Shown here: positions 61,780 to 64,000 of the stretch, piece by piece
Numbering within the stretch: position 1 is the stretch's first letter
Layout: each line of letters begins with the position of its first letter
Assembly (NCBI GenBank): GCA_030141605.1
Contig: JAQGDQ010002366.1
Span: forward strand, 566,660 to 630,659
Origin: Tubiluchus corallicola
Lineage: Eukaryota; Animalia; Priapulida
Reading direction: 5' to 3'
Length of the DNA stretch: 64,000 bases
Made by a program: the position numbers and the translations under genes
Notes under the pieces: generated by a model
Seen by the model: the letters and a program-made list of their open reading frames with translations, nothing else
The model's database searches: none
What the model was told of the DNA's origin: nothing

Positions 61780-63102
61780 GAGGCTGAGATGCTCTAGAGA
61801 AAATGTTATAGGCTTTTTAGTCACTTTGTAGGTCTTTCACAAACTTATTGTTTTGTAACTCTTAGCATTAACCTGTGTTTGCTTATGAATGGTGAGCAAG
61901 AATCCAAGTAACAGTAATTATTGTCTTGATTCAGACAAGTTCGAAACTTGACCAATCGCTGCTGAGCACAGTGAATTGACCACAGCTTCAAACATTTGGA
62001 TACTTTCAAGAGCCAAACACACAGCAATAGGTAGCCTAGCATGATTCTGTCACTTGTGGTTCTTCGGTATACCCAATCTTGAACTTGGACAAATTCTCTA
62101 TTCTGACCTTGTGCTCATCTCTTATTTTTTGAAATAATAAAAATAGTAAGTTGACTGATTTTCATAACTCATTTAATGTATCGTACTGATTATTTTTTAC
62201 AAATTTTCAATTTATTCAGAAAAAATTTTATGTCTATATTTACAAATAAGTTATTTTTTATTAAATTTATTAATCGTGCTTTAGTGATGAGATGTGATAG
62301 TTAAATTTTACTGAAGTTTAGTAAATAAATAAATTTTGATAAATAAGCTGTTGTGTGATATTATTAATAAAGTATTTTGTCAAAGTGAGGCCAGTAAGCT
62401 GGTTAACATAACAAGTGCAAGCCACTCTTTCATCTGTTATCAAAACTGCTATAAGTTAAGAACTGCACCGTAACACACTAGTGTGTAGTTTAAGCTTCAA
62501 TAAAGCAGAATTAAAGGGACCGTGAAGGCTCTCATTTTGTTTGATAGCAGTGTTATTTGGTAGTTATGGCAATGATGTCGACAGTAATCCTGATCCGGAC
62601 GGTAGCATCGATGATGATGATGACGTTGACGATGATGGTGGTGGTGTATGATGATGGTAATGATGATGATGATGGTGACTTTAAAGATGTGGAAGTGGCA
62701 GTAATGGTGATGTCATTCTTTGTTGTCATCGTTGCTGTGACCACATAAGTGAAATAATAGCAATTCCTCGTTCAATTTTCTGGTGCAGATACTTACTCAA
62801 AATTTCAAGATGACGTGAATCCCATACAAGCAAGTTTTACGTTATTTGGAACCTGATGATGCGATTAATCGCACCAACTTGTAATGATGTTCATTCGTGC
62901 TTTGTGCAGTAGTATATAAAAATGCTTTTTCTCAGTGTTAATTACCATTTACTTATAACATACTAAGATATTGGGTCATATTTGTTTGATTATGGACTAT
63001 GGAAAAACCTATATATAGATTAATGCATCCCACAATGTAATTTTGTTTGTGAACAACAGCTATTGTTATAACCTCTATAACCAGGCGATTAAGAAATAAA
63101 TG

Positions 63103-63237
63103 CAATTCAACCCGTGTCACTTGTCAAGGGGGTGCACAATTCAACCTAGGTCACATGTCAATAGGGGCCACACAATTCAACACGTGTCACGGGGCTGCAC
63201 AATTCAACCCAGGTCACGTGTCACCAGGGTCCCAATT
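63103..63237. repeat. Degenerate minisatellite of about 34 bp (CAATTCAACCCGTGTCAC..)
   Basis: Four to five CAATTCAAC..GTCAC units. Confidence 0.85.
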
Positions 63238-63425
63238 CTCATATAAATATTATTAAAACACATGTAAAACGTATGTCAAATGAAAACTGAATAGCGTTGC
63301 AATTAGTTATCCTATTTGCACAGGGGATTACACGGTTTGTCTCGTGGACTTTCAGAGATAATACTTTCTTGGCAATACACACTCCTTTGTACACGTTTAA
63401 ATGTTATGCAAGACATTATTTAACA

Positions 63426-63856
63426 TCAAAAATCGGTTTTCCCAGTATGAGTATTCGTCTTATTTATAGTCCAATTGTTGCTCCCAGTTTGTAATGCATT
63501 TGTTGACGTTTTAGCTACCTTGTTAAGAAATTTAAATTTTCCTACAAAGAAGCCTAGCGAATCTTCGTCTTTTGATTTCTTTGCTGTACAACTTCTCACT
63601 AAATCTCGATGATAGTACTTGTATTTTGATATCATCCTTTTGACATAATCATCAAAAAGTGGCTTGTTTTGCTCTATATTTGCGCCGTACTTTTTTCGAT
63701 AGCTCTCCTTGTCTGTTACGATACCCTTGTGTACGAGGAAAGCGTTGTCTAACACCACGAAGGCGTAATTCTGCAAACACATTTCGAATAAATGCTGTAT
63801 TTTATCGTATCCATTGCCCCTGAATTGTTCTTCGTGCATGGGCTCTTTATTAGTAC
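63426..63856 (-). CDS. Last coding exon of a GT49 glycosyltransferase (B4GAT1/LARGE-like); 5' part lies beyond the window end
   Basis: Acceptor TTTCAG at 63857; PMHEEQFRGNGYDKIQHLFEMCLQNYAFVVLDNAFLVHKG matches the GT49 C-terminal motif (DERF.GYG.NK.....E......F.VL..AFLVH). Confidence 0.85.
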
Positions 63857-64000
63857 CTGAAAAAAAGATTTAAATGAATCGGAACAGACGATGAAATTAT
63901 GTGCGCCACATATAAATGCATATAATTACGCTTATAGTTTCTTGAACATTAGACATACTTGACGCCTGACAGCACGCATATTTACATCTTTTCCCAGAAC

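Noticed and set aside
63103-63237. Regularly spaced repeats resembling a CRISPR array
   Set aside because: Eukaryotic context, the 'spacers' are related to each other, and there are no cas genes; it is a minisatellite.

Overview
AT-rich, intron-rich eukaryotic genomic DNA from an invertebrate animal; no prokaryotic features or CRISPR arrays. I reconstructed seven protein-coding genes by hand from splice signals and reading-frame continuity: (1) a cuticlin-like ZP-domain protein (minus, running off the window start), (2) a 9-exon tetraspanin (+), (3) a PCTP/StARD2-like START protein (+), (4) LRRC42 (-), (5) COQ3 with an intronless CDS (-), (6) a PLP-dependent serine/aspartate racemase-family enzyme (+), and (7) the last exon of a GT49 (B4GAT1/LARGE-like) glycosyltransferase (-). 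Introns and intergenic DNA hold hAT-type MITEs, a Helentron-associated-like element, LINE remnants, tRNA- and 5S-derived SINE-like elements and microsatellites. Most notable: the racemase has the aspartate-racemase 'triple-serine loop' but Cys in place of the catalytic re-face Ser; PCTP has a likely U12 (minor-spliceosome) intron; LRRC42 has a GC-AG intron; COQ3 and LRRC42 may share a transcription unit; and there is a 106-bp loopless palindrome in a tetraspanin intron. Family assignments come from recalled motifs, not database searches.
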